In this document: positions 1-9,405 of the stretch, one piece after another | Position numbering within the stretch: position 1 is the stretch's first letter | How the letters are laid out: each line of letters begins with the position of its first letter | Source: an uncultured Gammaproteobacteria bacterium | GTDB taxonomy: Bacteria; Patescibacteriota; Microgenomatia; Daviesbacterales; UBA10151 | Assembly (NCBI GenBank): GCA_964625535.1 | Contig: CAZVEX010000003.1 | Span: 55,524 to 119,523, forward strand | Reading direction: 5' to 3' | Length of the DNA stretch: 64,000 bases | The notes under the pieces: model-generated | Seen by the model: only the letters and a program-made list of their open reading frames with translations | What the model was told of the DNA's origin: nothing | Databases searched by the model: none | Translations under genes and position numbers: made by a program

Positions 1-1
1 G

Positions 2-1003
2 AAATCAGGCAAATTTCCTCCCCTGCCCAAAGAGAAAAAATACAAATTTCTAGGCCAAAAACTTATCTCCCCCATTGCCATTTCAGCCGGCCCTGCCTCT
101 ACCAAAATCTGGACTGATTTTTATTTCAAAATGGGCTATGGTTTGGTTTTTGAAAAAACCAGAAGATCTGTTCCTAGAAAATCCAATCAAGTCCCCAATA
201 TTGCCATTGTTCATACAGACAAACCTCTCAGTCGCAATAATCTGGACCAAACACTCGTAGCCTCTATGGATGAGGTAGACTGGCAAAAATATAACAGCAT
301 GACTAACTCCTTTGGTAATCCCTCTCCTGCCATGGAAGTTTGGACTAAAGAACTTATGGAGCAGCGAAAAGGAGTTGGAGACGGACAGCTTTTGGGCTGT
401 TCTGTCACCGCCACTTTGCATCAGGGAGCCACCATATCTGATGCTGCACTGGATTTGCTGATGGCAGCTACTGCAGCAGTCCTGTCCGGAGCCCAGGTTC
501 TAGAGTTTAATCTGGCCTGTCCAAATGTGATTGAAAATAGCATTGAAGGTGAGATGTTTCAGGATGAAAAGCTGGTTGCTTATGTCATGGCAGAGTTTAA
601 GCGAAGATTTCCCCATGTTCCCTGCGGATTTAAATTTGGAATTTACAAATCAAAGCAGCAGATGAAAAAAGTTTTTATTGCAGGAGAAGATAATCTAGAT
701 TATGTTTCCGGCATCAATGCCATTGCCATGACGGTTTTAGGCAAAGACGGCAGTGAAATTTTACCGGGCCGCAAGATTTCGGGAGTTTGCGGCATAGCCG
801 ATCAGACATTAGCCCTGGAACATATCAAATGGGCCTTTGAAATTAGAAAAGAAGAAGGGCTAAAATATGAAATTTTGGGAGGAGGAGGCATTATTGAACC
901 TGCTGACGTAGACAGATACTTATCTGCCGGGGCAGACATGGTCCAAATTGCCGCCGCAGCCCTGACAGACCCCCTGCTGGCCTACAAATACAGACTATCT
1001 TAA
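2..1003 (+). CDS. Dihydroorotate/dihydropyrimidine dehydrogenase-like FMN TIM-barrel protein (5' truncated by window)
   Basis: Frame is open from base 2 (KSGKFPP...PIAISAGP). Motifs LEFNLACPN, GINAI, ISG, ILGGGGI and GADMVQI are typical of the PyrD/DHODH family. Confidence 0.7.
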   Translation, partial: KSGKFPPLPKEKKYKFLGQKLISPIAISAGPASTKIWTDFYFKMGYGLVFEKTRRSVPRKSNQVPNIAIVHTDKPLSRNNLDQTLVASMDEVDWQKYNSMTNSFGNPSPAMEVWTKELMEQRKGVGDGQLLGCSVTATLHQGATISDAALDLLMAATAAVLSGAQVLEFNLACPNVIENSIEGEMFQDEKLVAYVMAEFKRRFPHVPCGFKFGIYKSKQQMKKVFIAGEDNLDYVSGINAIAMTVLGKDGSEILPGRKISGVCGIADQTLALEHIKWAFEIRKEEGLKYEILGGGGIIEPADVDRYLSAGADMVQIAAAALTDPLLAYKYRLS

Positions 1004-2067
1004 CGAAGACCCCCAGTTACTTTAACCTTAGACAAAAGATCCAGGTTTTCCAAAACTTCCCCGCAGCCTCTAACTACCGTGGTCAGCGGATCATCTGCCA
1101 CATACACGGGTAACTTTGTTTCCTCGGCTATTTTTTTATCCAGACCCCGCAGCAGCGCGCCTCCTCCTGCCAAATATATTCCCCGCTCCACTATATCTGT
1201 TAACAGTTCCGGCGGTGTTTCTTCCAACACTTCCTGGATGATGGAAACTATTTGATTAACAGTGGGGGTGAGGGCTTCCCTTATTTCCGAAGCGGTGATT
1301 TTAAGAGATTTAGGCAACCCTGTGGAAAGATCGCGCCCGCGGATAACTGTGGCGATATTATCATCTCCCCTCTCCAGCTCATAAGCAGACCCGATCTCAA
1401 TTTTGGCTTCTTCAGCGCTTTTTTCTCCAATCAGCATGCCGTAACGGGTCCTCATATAATTTATGATATCTTCATCCAGCTCATCTCCTGCCACCCGAAG
1501 GGAGCGATTGATGACCATTCCCCCCAGGGAGATTATGGCAATCTCCGTGGTGCCTCCGCCAATATCCACCATCATCACCCCTTCCGGTTGCTCAACAGGA
1601 AGCTTGGCGCCAATGGCAGCGGCCATCGGCTCCTCAATCAAAAAAGCTTGTCTGGCCCCAGCAGATAAACAGGCATCCTGCACAGCTCTTCTCTCAACTT
1701 CTGTCACACCGGATGGAATCCCCACCACCACCCGAGGCCGGGGAATTTTGGGCAGGCTCCGCCAGCCGCTTTGGGGGTTGTGATGAACTTTGTGGATAAA
1801 ATAACGCAGCATGGCTTCGGTGGTATCAAAGTCGGAAATGACCCCGTCACGCAGGGGTCTGACTGCTTCAATGGCCGCAGGAGTTCTTCCCAGCATTCTT
1901 TTAGCCTCACCTCCAATTGCTAAAATTTGTCTGCTTTTTTTATGCAGGGCCACCACGGTTGGCTCCCTGATAACAATCCCTTTACCCTTTACTAAAACCA
2001 GAGTATTAACTGTACCCAAATCAATCCCTATATCATGAGCAAAGTAGCCCCAAATCTTATCAAACAT
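1000..2067 (-). CDS. mreB: Rod shape-determining actin homolog MreB
   Basis: IGIDLGT, EPMAAAIG, DIGGGTTE and AGGGALL actin-fold motifs. Confidence 0.97.
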   Translation of the reverse strand: MFDKIWGYFAHDIGIDLGTVNTLVLVKGKGIVIREPTVVALHKKSRQILAIGGEAKRMLGRTPAAIEAVRPLRDGVISDFDTTEAMLRYFIHKVHHNPQSGWRSLPKIPRPRVVVGIPSGVTEVERRAVQDACLSAGARQAFLIEEPMAAAIGAKLPVEQPEGVMMVDIGGGTTEIAIISLGGMVINRSLRVAGDELDEDIINYMRTRYGMLIGEKSAEEAKIEIGSAYELERGDDNIATVIRGRDLSTGLPKSLKITASEIREALTPTVNQIVSIIQEVLEETPPELLTDIVERGIYLAGGGALLRGLDKKIAEETKLPVYVADDPLTTVVRGCGEVLENLDLLSKVKVTGGLR

Positions 2068-2128
2068 GCCGTGAGTTTAACATAAAGCCAGGGGTATAGG
2101 GAATAGGGGTTAGTGTATACTATACCCT

Positions 2129-4087
2129 ATGATTGATAAAATTATTGCCTACTCTTTTTATCTTCTTTTTTTCCTGACCCCTCTTTTTTGGACCTCTTTA
2201 AATCATGAGTTGTTTGAGTTTAATAAGATGTTTTTAACTTATGGGTTTACAGTGGTGATTGTGGGAGCCTGGCTACTTAGAATGGTTAATCGTAAATCTT
2301 TAATCTTTAATCGTACTCCCCTTGATCTTCCCTTACTGCTATTTCTGGGAGCCAATATTTTATCTACCATATTTTCCATTGATACCCACACCTCCGTCTG
2401 GGGATATTACTCGAGATTAAATGGGGGGCTTTTATCTATTATCTCTTATACTCTTTTATACTGGGCCTTTGTATCCAATATGGATAAAGAAAAAGTATTT
2501 ACCGGTTTAAAATTTGCCCTGGCTTCGGGAGTGATTGTTGCTTTATGGGGGATTTTGGAACATTTTGGGGTATCTCCTTCTTGCCTGATCTTGCGGGGGG
2601 AATTTAGTGCTTCCTGTTGGATCCAAGATGTCCAAGCGCGTGTTTTTGCTACACTCGGCCAGCCAAACTGGATGGCCGGCTATTTGGCCATGCTAATTTT
2701 CCCTGCTCTGTATTTTTATTTGACAGCTAAAACTTTCGCTTTCCGTACTACTTACTACTTACTACTTACTACTCTTTATCTCGCTTTTACTTTTACCTAT
2801 TCCAGAGGCCCAACACTAGGACTAATTGGAGGATTCATAATATTTGTGGCTATATTTTTAACAAATTTCAAAAAAATTGCTTTTGTATTATTAGCATTTC
2901 TATTTATTAATATCCTTTTTGGTTCAGCCTTAACCAGTTTTAGGTTGGTTTCACAATTTGCTCCACCGCCCAGACCGGGCATAGCCCTGCCTTCATCCGG
3001 CACCCAGCTGGAAACAGGCGGCACAGAATCAGGACAAATCAGATTTATTGTTTGGCGTGGGGCTTGGGATATTTTCAAAAATTACCCGATTTTCGGATCG
3101 GGTTTGGAAACTTTTGCCTATTCCTATTATCAATTCAGGCCGGCCGAACACAACTTAACCAGTGAGTGGGATTTTCTCTATAACAAAGCTCATAATGAAT
3201 ATCTTAACTACTTGGCAACAACCGGAATAGTAGGCTTTGGAACTTACCTGTTAGTCGTCGGCACATTTCTAATATGGACTTTTAAGAAGCTTAATTCATC
3301 ATTCTTAATTCTTATAGCTTTACTTGCATCCTATATAAGTTACCTCATCTACAACTTCTTCCTGTTTTCTGTGGTTATCCTGGCCCTCTTTTTCTACCTT
3401 TTCCCCGCCCTGGCTTTTGTGGCTGCTGATGCCACCAAAGTTTTCAAATGGCCCAAAAAACTTTACGCTTTACGCTTTATGCTTTACGCTATCCTCTACC
3501 GCCGTCCTCTTTATACCAATATCACCAAAGGTCTGGTCATTTTTTCCACCTTCTATCTTCTGTTCTCTATCTTCCAGCTCTGGTATGCCGATACTCTTTT
3601 TGCCAAAGCGGAAAAATATTCCGATCTTGGCAATGCCGGAAAGGCATATAATTTGCTTGCCAGTGCTGCCGAATTAAACAAATTTGAACCACTTTACCAC
3701 TCCGAACTGGGCTTTGTGGCAGCCCAAGCTGCCGAGGCTCTTATGGAAACTGATGCCACTTTGTCTGCGGACCTTAAGAATCAGGCCGTCAACCAAACAA
3801 GGCAGGTGCTGCAACAAAGTCCCAATAATGTCTCTTACCTTCGAACAGCCGTCCGGACTTATGCCCAGTTGGCCGATCTGGATAGTAAATTCCTTGAGGA
3901 TGCCGTTTTGGTCTTGGATAAGGCCACTGCCCTGGCTCCAACAGACCCCAAGCTTTATTACAATAAGGGCTTAATCTGGCTGCAAATTGGCAAGGAAGAG
4001 GAAGCTAGCGTGTCCTTTAAAAAAGCCCTGGAGCTAAAACCCAATTACCTTGAGGCTATAGAAGAGTTGAATGAACTAAAGAAATGA
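2129..4087 (+). CDS. O-antigen ligase/Wzy_C family polytopic membrane protein with C-terminal TPR repeats
   Basis: Multiple TM helices, TLGQPN, TYSRG, PIFGSG and KAHNEYL motifs. C-terminal TPR pattern (LYYNKG...FKKALELKPNY). Confidence 0.85.
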   Translation: MIDKIIAYSFYLLFFLTPLFWTSLNHELFEFNKMFLTYGFTVVIVGAWLLRMVNRKSLIFNRTPLDLPLLLFLGANILSTIFSIDTHTSVWGYYSRLNGGLLSIISYTLLYWAFVSNMDKEKVFTGLKFALASGVIVALWGILEHFGVSPSCLILRGEFSASCWIQDVQARVFATLGQPNWMAGYLAMLIFPALYFYLTAKTFAFRTTYYLLLTTLYLAFTFTYSRGPTLGLIGGFIIFVAIFLTNFKKIAFVLLAFLFINILFGSALTSFRLVSQFAPPPRPGIALPSSGTQLETGGTESGQIRFIVWRGAWDIFKNYPIFGSGLETFAYSYYQFRPAEHNLTSEWDFLYNKAHNEYLNYLATTGIVGFGTYLLVVGTFLIWTFKKLNSSFLILIALLASYISYLIYNFFLFSVVILALFFYLFPALAFVAADATKVFKWPKKLYALRFMLYAILYRRPLYTNITKGLVIFSTFYLLFSIFQLWYADTLFAKAEKYSDLGNAGKAYNLLASAAELNKFEPLYHSELGFVAAQAAEALMETDATLSADLKNQAVNQTRQVLQQSPNNVSYLRTAVRTYAQLADLDSKFLEDAVLVLDKATALAPTDPKLYYNKGLIWLQIGKEEEASVSFKKALELKPNYLEAIEELNELKK

Positions 4088-4344
4088 AATCTATTTCCAA
4101 GATCATTGCTGAAACTAAATTCAAGGATAGACCCAAAAATATAGCTTATGAATTCCAGGAATATGGAGTATATTTAGCTGAAAGCTTACAGGATACCAAA
4201 CATTATTCTTTATATATAAAACTGGCAAAAGAGATGGATAGAAAAATTTTGGAAAATGCCTTAAATTTTACCAAAGGATATTTAGGAGCCAAATCCAAAG
4301 CCCGGGTATTTATGTGGAGATTGCAACAGCTGCGTAGAGCTTGA
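4084..4344 (+). CDS. Small hypothetical protein
   Basis: ATGA overlap with the upstream gene and placement between operon genes. No recognised motif. Confidence 0.7.
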   Translation: MKSISKIIAETKFKDRPKNIAYEFQEYGVYLAESLQDTKHYSLYIKLAKEMDRKILENALNFTKGYLGAKSKARVFMWRLQQLRRA

Positions 4345-4364
4345 ATTTCTGGTACAATTCCCTC

Positions 4365-4943
4365 ATGCAAATTATTAAAGCACCTGATCCAAGATTAAGA
4401 ATTAAAACTAGTCCAGTCAAGAAAATCACATCGGCTCTTTTACAAACCTTAAAAGAGATGATTAAACTGACCCAAACTTTTGAGGATCCCGAAGGTGTAG
4501 GTTTGGCAGCTACCCAAGTTGGACTCGGGGAGAGGTTTTTTGTGGCCCGTTTGCATGATTCAAAAAAAACTCCTCCTTCCAATCCTTCGCAACGCTCCCA
4601 AAGATGGAAAAATTACGGGCAGGAATTTATGGCCACTATCAATCCCCGGATTCTTTCATACTCCACAGCTACAAAAACTTATTTTGAAGGCTGTTTATCT
4701 GTGCCTGATATCTGGGGTAAGGTCAAAAGACATACCTCAATTAAGGTTTCTTATCAGGATACAGCCGGCCAAAGTATTACTAAAACTCTAAAGGGGATTC
4801 CTGCCTGGATATTCCAACATGAAGTGGATCATTTGGATGGAATTTTATTTTCCGAGCGGGTGCTGCAACAGCGGGGTAAATTTTATAAATTTACAGGCAA
4901 AGACAAAACAGGCACGGATACTTTTGAAGAAATTACAATATGA
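4365..4943 (+). CDS. def: Peptide deformylase
   Basis: GVGLAATQ, EGCLS and QHEVDHLDG motifs. Start moved to ATG 4365, 6 nt after TGG-TACAAT. Confidence 0.97.
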   Translation: MQIIKAPDPRLRIKTSPVKKITSALLQTLKEMIKLTQTFEDPEGVGLAATQVGLGERFFVARLHDSKKTPPSNPSQRSQRWKNYGQEFMATINPRILSYSTATKTYFEGCLSVPDIWGKVKRHTSIKVSYQDTAGQSITKTLKGIPAWIFQHEVDHLDGILFSERVLQQRGKFYKFTGKDKTGTDTFEEITI

Positions 4944-5656
4944 AAATAGTTTTTCTTGGATCTCCACAATTTGTTCAACCTATCAAAGATGAATTAGCTA
5001 AACATTTTACCCTTGTGGATTCATTAAATGAAGCTGATTTGGGAGTGGTATCAGCTTATGGCAGGATTTTAACCAAACAGGAACTAAATACTCCAAAATA
5101 TGGATTTATCAATGTCCACCCGTCGCTTTTACCAAAATACAGAGGCCCCTCGCCTATCCAGCAAGCCATATTAAATGGAGACAAAATTTCCGGTATTACC
5201 ATTATCAAAATGGATGAGGAAGTAGACCACGGGCCTATTTTATATCAAGAAGAATTAGAGCTTTTAGATAGTGATAATTTTGATACTTTGAGTAAAAAAA
5301 TGTTTCTTCGTTCAAGTAAGATTTTACCCAAAATTATTAAAGATTTTATAAACGGAAAGATAAAACTTATTGAGCAAGATCATTCTTATGCAACTTATTG
5401 CCCTCTTCTTACCAGAAAGTCCGGTTTTTTTGATATAGACAATCCCCCGGAAAAACTGGACAGAATGATTAGAGCATATTATCCCTGGCCGGGAGTATGG
5501 ACCCGCTGGTCCTTCGACTCCGCTCAGGATAAAAATAATAACATTGTTAAATTCTATCCCAACGGAAAAATCCAGATGGAAGGGAAAAAAGTTATGCCAT
5601 GGAAAGACTTCCTAAACGGTTATCCAGACTTTCCCATTAAATCTTTCTCGCCTTGA
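4940..5656 (+). CDS. fmt: Methionyl-tRNA formyltransferase (short form)
   Basis: INVHPSLLPKYRGPSP motif, D-x-G-P, and coupling to def. Confidence 0.93.
   Translation: MKIVFLGSPQFVQPIKDELAKHFTLVDSLNEADLGVVSAYGRILTKQELNTPKYGFINVHPSLLPKYRGPSPIQQAILNGDKISGITIIKMDEEVDHGPILYQEELELLDSDNFDTLSKKMFLRSSKILPKIIKDFINGKIKLIEQDHSYATYCPLLTRKSGFFDIDNPPEKLDRMIRAYYPWPGVWTRWSFDSAQDKNNNIVKFYPNGKIQMEGKKVMPWKDFLNGYPDFPIKSFSP
5511..5533 (+). repeat. REP-like dispersed element (CCTTCGACTCCGCTCAGGATAAA) inserted in frame in fmt
   Basis: 19/23 identical to the reverse complement of 25394-25416. Encodes SFDSAQDK. Confidence 0.6.
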
Positions 5657-6147
5657 AGAAAATCAATCACTGGTTTACGATAATCTTCCCTTCTTAATTT
5701 TCTTTTTGCTTTAGCAAAGTTTTGAGAAATGGTTTGCCTTTTGACACCGAATCGTTCTCCTATTTCTTCCAGTACTACAGGCTCTGCTGTTGGGTCAAGC
5801 CCAAAACTCATCTCAACCACTCTTCTTTCGCGTTTAGTAAGCTCACTGCTATCCAACCATGTATTTACAATGGGAACCAGGTCTTTTGCACGATCCGGCT
5901 GACCAGTAAGTCTATCCAAGGATTCCCTTAAAGGTCTTTTCTCTGCAAATACCCTATCAATAATTTCTTGAGATGGCACTTCCACAGGGACAAAACCCGA
6001 ACTTAATCTGCTGTGAACTACATTAAAACCTCGCGTTCCTCTTTCCACTCTCCTCCTAAATTCCTCATCTGGAAACAGCTCAAAAACTCCACGCACCAAG
6101 CCGATGCATCGTTCAATAATAACCGGATTTGGTAAAGTTTCTGTCAT
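5620..6147 (-). CDS. Sigma-70 region 4 domain-containing protein
   Basis: C-terminal LTKRERRVVEMSFGL...LEEIGERFGVKRQTISQ...AKRKLR matches the sigma region 4 HTH. Confidence 0.75.
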   Translation of the reverse strand: MTETLPNPVIIERCIGLVRGVFELFPDEEFRRRVERGTRGFNVVHSRLSSGFVPVEVPSQEIIDRVFAEKRPLRESLDRLTGQPDRAKDLVPIVNTWLDSSELTKRERRVVEMSFGLDPTAEPVVLEEIGERFGVKRQTISQNFAKAKRKLRREDYRKPVIDFLQGEKDLMGKSG

Positions 6148-6148
6148 T

Positions 6149-6361
6149 TTAAGAAGCAGGGGAAACCCAGGCTTTTTTAACTATTCTTAAACACTTGGTG
6201 CAGTATTTTTTGCCCATATAAACATGAAGGTTGGGTTTTTGGGTCCTTTTGTGAATAGGGGCGCGCAGGGCCCACACACCCCCTGCCCCGGATGAACCTT
6301 TTTTGTGCCTGGAAAAAGACTGGATATTTTTACCTTTACCACACCTTACACAAACTGTCAT
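6149..6361 (-). CDS. rpmB: 50S ribosomal protein L28
   Basis: CxxCGK...KRTQKPNL...CTKCLR. Start at ATG 6361, after TGT-TATATT. Confidence 0.85.
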   Translation of the reverse strand: MTVCVRCGKGKNIQSFSRHKKGSSGAGGVWALRAPIHKRTQKPNLHVYMGKKYCTKCLRIVKKAWVSPAS

Positions 6362-6503
6362 ATGTGGTAATATAACATGAGTAAGAAGAATTTTCAATTT
6401 TTAATTTTCAATTTTTAATGAAAATAATAAATGTTTAAAATATTAAAAATTAAATCATTTAGATTTGAATAAAAATTTCAAATTTAGATTTTAAAATTAA
6501 TCT

Positions 6504-7151
6504 ATGAATCCAGAATTCTTAGCCCTATCTATAATCATATTGCTTTTTTCCGTCATAGTTCATGAAGTCATGCATGGATATGTAGCTTTAAGATTTGGGG
6601 ATCATACCGCCCAAAAGATGGGCAGGCTGACCTTAAACCCCATTCCTCACATTGATCCTTTTGGTACCATTCTTTTACCAGCCTTAATTCTGATACCGGC
6701 ATTTTTGACCGGGACTCCTGCCGGACCACTCCTGGCCTGGGCCAAACCGGTGCCTGTTAATCCTTTGAATTTTTCCTCCTTGCGACGCGGTGAGCTTTTC
6801 GTATCGGCTGCAGGAGTTACGGCCAATTTCGCGCTGGCAGCGATTTGCGCCCTGCTTTTCCATATTCTCAACGGCCTGCCGTACGTTTTCCCAGAACTCC
6901 TGGGCAGACTGCTACTTTTTGGCGTACGCATAAATTTGTTTTTGGGGGTGTTTAATTTATTGCCTATACCGCCTCTCGACGGATCAAAAGTACTGTTGTC
7001 CCAACTTCCCCTGCATCTTGCAAAAGAATATCAAAAACTGGAGCGATACGGCTTTCTTTTACTGTTATTCTTAATATTTATCTTTCCGGCTCCTCTTTTT
7101 TTGCTCCTGAATTTTTTGGTGGGGCTGTCTACAAAACTGCTGGGATTTTAA
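6504..7151 (+). CDS. Site-2 protease (M50 family zinc metalloprotease)
   Basis: HEVMH, LTLNPIPHID and FNLLPIPPLDG motifs with TM helices. Confidence 0.95.
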   Translation: MNPEFLALSIIILLFSVIVHEVMHGYVALRFGDHTAQKMGRLTLNPIPHIDPFGTILLPALILIPAFLTGTPAGPLLAWAKPVPVNPLNFSSLRRGELFVSAAGVTANFALAAICALLFHILNGLPYVFPELLGRLLLFGVRINLFLGVFNLLPIPPLDGSKVLLSQLPLHLAKEYQKLERYGFLLLLFLIFIFPAPLFLLLNFLVGLSTKLLGF

Positions 7152-8314
7152 AGCCGAAAAAAGCCTCGGATTTGTACCACAAAAAGTAAAGTTATAAGGA
7201 TTAATGCTGCGGAGGCGGTAAACGGTGAATGGAAGCCAAAGGTGGAAAATAGCCATCCGCCCAAAAGCGGTCCAAAAACCCGCCCCATTGATTCAAATGA
7301 TGAGAAAATGCCCATGGTGGTCCCCTGCCCTTCTTTGGTCTGTTTGGAAACAAGAGTAGCCAAAGTTGGTCTGGTCATGGAAGAACCCAAAGTCATCACA
7401 ATCATAAAGATTAAAAGAAATACCGGCGATTTGGCAAAAGGAATTAAAAATAAACCTATGGCAATCATAGTTGTCCCAAACACTACGGTTTTGTGTTCAC
7501 CCAAAAAAAGGGTAATTTTATAAATAAGAACAGACTGCATAAAGGCTGATAAAAGCCCCTGGACAGAGAAAAAATATCCGATGGTTGAGGCGGACAGATT
7601 CAGTTTCTCTTGAGAAAATAAAGGCACTGCCACCTCATTATTGGTCAGGGCAAAAGACCAGAGAAAAATCAGGATGAAAAATGAGCCCAGCTCCCCTTTT
7701 AGGCCATAGTACATATGTTTAATGTTAAAAAAGCCTTCTTTGATCATTAACTTCTCCTCTTTCCTGGATAAAGACTCGGGCAAAAATAGCAGTACAAAGA
7801 GTAAATTTAAGGCAGCCAAGATGGAGGCTACAAAAAACGGGAAGGAAAAACTGACTGCCGACAGGACTCCGCCGAGCCCCGGCCCAAAAATAAAGCCGGC
7901 AGCCAAAGATGCCCCCAGATTACCCATGCCTTTGATACGGCTTTCCTTATCAGTCACATCGGAAACATAGGCTTGAGCAACAGGAATGGAGGCAGCGGAA
8001 AAAGATCCCTGTAAAATCCTCCCGATAAAAAGCCAAAATAAGCTGTTAGACAAGCCAAAAAGTAAATAGGATAAGGCTAAACCTATAAGGGCTATGACCA
8101 TAATCGGTTTTCTGCCAAATCTGTCTGACAATCTGCCCCATATAGGAGAAAGGATAAATTGGGCTATGGCAAAACTGGCTGCCAAAAGCCCGATCGTGGC
8201 CTCACTGGCATTAAAGTGTTTGGCATAAAAAGGCAAAAGCGGAAAAACCATGCCAAAACCGATAATGTTGACAAAAACTGTTAAGTAAATAAAAAACAAG
8301 GGCGGCTTCCTCAT
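7148..8314 (-). CDS. MFS transporter, TetA/DHA1-like
   Basis: About 12 hydrophobic segments and motif A (GRLSDRFGRKP). Confidence 0.93.
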   Translation of the reverse strand: MRKPPLFFIYLTVFVNIIGFGMVFPLLPFYAKHFNASEATIGLLAASFAIAQFILSPIWGRLSDRFGRKPIMVIALIGLALSYLLFGLSNSLFWLFIGRILQGSFSAASIPVAQAYVSDVTDKESRIKGMGNLGASLAAGFIFGPGLGGVLSAVSFSFPFFVASILAALNLLFVLLFLPESLSRKEEKLMIKEGFFNIKHMYYGLKGELGSFFILIFLWSFALTNNEVAVPLFSQEKLNLSASTIGYFFSVQGLLSAFMQSVLIYKITLFLGEHKTVVFGTTMIAIGLFLIPFAKSPVFLLIFMIVMTLGSSMTRPTLATLVSKQTKEGQGTTMGIFSSFESMGRVFGPLLGGWLFSTFGFHSPFTASAALILITLLFVVQIRGFFRL

Positions 8315-8317
8315 ATT

Positions 8318-8509
8318 TTAGCGGCGAGGTTTAAAAAGTCTGTTAAAGGGTGTCTGCTTTTGCGGTTCAGCTTCTTTTTGACCATCCAAATATTCTCCAA
8401 CAGCTCTTCTAATAAACTCTCCAGCGGAAATGTTTTTAGATTTGGCAAAGTTAACTACTTTCTTCCACAAATCTTTGTCAAAAAGGATATCAACCCTTCT
8501 ATTTAGCAT
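8318..8509 (-). CDS. Ribbon-helix-helix (CopG-like) DNA-binding protein
   Basis: RRVDILF strand followed by two helices (LWKKVVNFAKSKNISAGEFIRRAVGEYL). Start set at ATG 8509, downstream of the promoter. Confidence 0.7.
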   Translation of the reverse strand: MLNRRVDILFDKDLWKKVVNFAKSKNISAGEFIRRAVGEYLDGQKEAEPQKQTPFNRLFKPRR

Positions 8510-8517
8510 ACACATAC

Positions 8518-8587
8518 ACATTAACATACACATATTATTTTGTCAAGTATTTACCCTCTTGACAAGAATCTACAGGGGTGATAATGT
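8518..8587. promoter_or_regulatory. Back-to-back divergent sigma70 promoters
   Basis: Minus strand: TTGACA(8546-8541)-N17-TAATGT(8523-8518). Plus strand: TTGACA(8559-8564)-N17-TAATGT(8582-8587). Confidence 0.7.
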
Positions 8588-8631
8588 TAATTTAGTCTAA
8601 AAGGACATTTGTAGATGGCCTTAAAGACCTG

Positions 8632-8780
8632 CCCTACTTAGCACGTTTAAAGCCAACATATTTTTCTTCACTGATTTGATACTTTACGGGAGTTCAAAGT
8701 AGATATACCGTTATGGTATGTTTCAGAACACCCACCTTAGGTTTCCTGAGGAGAAAATTTGGCTGACGACTATAGTAGGG
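8632..8780 (+). ncRNA. ssrS: Probable 6S RNA
   Basis: Long irregular hairpin: CCCTACT/AGTAGGG, AGCCAA/TTGGCT, ATTTTTCTTCA/TGAGGAGAAAAT, a central bubble, GGGAGTTC/GAACACCC and terminal TATACC/GGTATG. It has its own promoter and no ORF. Confidence 0.6.
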
Positions 8781-8867
8781 AGAAATTATTTTTTTCGAAA
8801 TACCTCTAACAACAGATCATAGATCTGCAAATTCCATTTGTGCTAAAATGTGTTTACCATAAATTTT

Positions 8868-8941
8868 GCCTCCTTAGCTTAGTGGCAAAGCAGCGGTTTT
8901 GTAAACCGTCGACAACAGTTCGATTCTGTTAGGGGGCTCCA
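8868..8941 (+). tRNA. tRNA-Thr(TGT)
   Basis: Cloverleaf with acceptor GCCTCCT/AGGGGGC, anticodon loop TT-TGT-AA, TTCGA and encoded CCA. Confidence 0.95.
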
Positions 8942-8964
8942 AGGTTTACACTGAGGAATGAAGT

Positions 8965-9036
8965 GCCGAAGTGGCTCAGTGGTAGAGCACGTTCTTGGTA
9001 AGAACGGGGTCACGGGTCCGATTCCCGTCTTCGGCT
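8965..9036 (+). tRNA. tRNA-Thr(GGT)
   Basis: Acceptor GCCGAAG/CTTCGGC and anticodon arm CGTTC-TTGGTAA-GAACG. The T-loop reads TCCGA. Confidence 0.93.
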
Positions 9037-9058
9037 CCCATGTGTTATACTATCCCCT

Positions 9059-9232
9059 ATGGCTAAAAAAGGTAACCGCATTTTAATAAGACTGGTTTGT
9101 TCTGTTTGTAAAAACAGAAATTATACCAGCTCAAAAAACACGGTAAATACAAAAGAAAAAATAACTTTGAGTAAGTTTTGTAAACACTGTAGAAAACAAA
9201 CTGAACACACTGAAACCTCTAAATTGGATTAA
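9059..9232 (+). CDS. rpmG: 50S ribosomal protein L33 (57 aa, below the ORF-track cutoff)
   Basis: Hand translation MAKKGNRILIRLVCSVCKNRNYTSSKN...KFCKHCRKQTEHTE. Canonical position before tRNA-Trp. Confidence 0.95.
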   Translation: MAKKGNRILIRLVCSVCKNRNYTSSKNTVNTKEKITLSKFCKHCRKQTEHTETSKLD

Positions 9233-9277
9233 ATTTAATTGCAACTCTTGTCGTTTTCCAGTACAATTTATTTGTTT

Positions 9278-9348
9278 AGGGGCGTCGGTTAACGGTAAAC
9301 CACGGGACTCCAAATCCCGGACTGGAGGTTCGATTCCTCCCGCCCCTG
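9278..9348 (+). tRNA. tRNA-Trp(CCA)
   Basis: Acceptor AGGGGCG/CGCCCCT, anticodon arm CGGGA-CTCCAAA-TCCCG and GGTTCGATTCC T-arm. Confidence 0.95.
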
Positions 9349-9405
9349 CTTGAGTTGTCTCCGACATCCTTTACAGATCATCTTAAAATATTCTACTATT
9401 AGTTT

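Noticed and set aside
6388-6500. Extremely AT-rich stretch as a possible replication origin
   Set aside because: No DnaA-box cluster or dnaA/dnaN nearby. It is explained by degenerate heptamer repeats between divergent genes.
9278-9348. Alternative genetic code (UGA recoding as in Gracilibacteria/Absconditabacteria)
   Set aside because: Several clear genes end in TGA (def, argH, atpD), no in-frame TGA interrupts conserved genes, and tRNA-Trp has a CCA anticodon.
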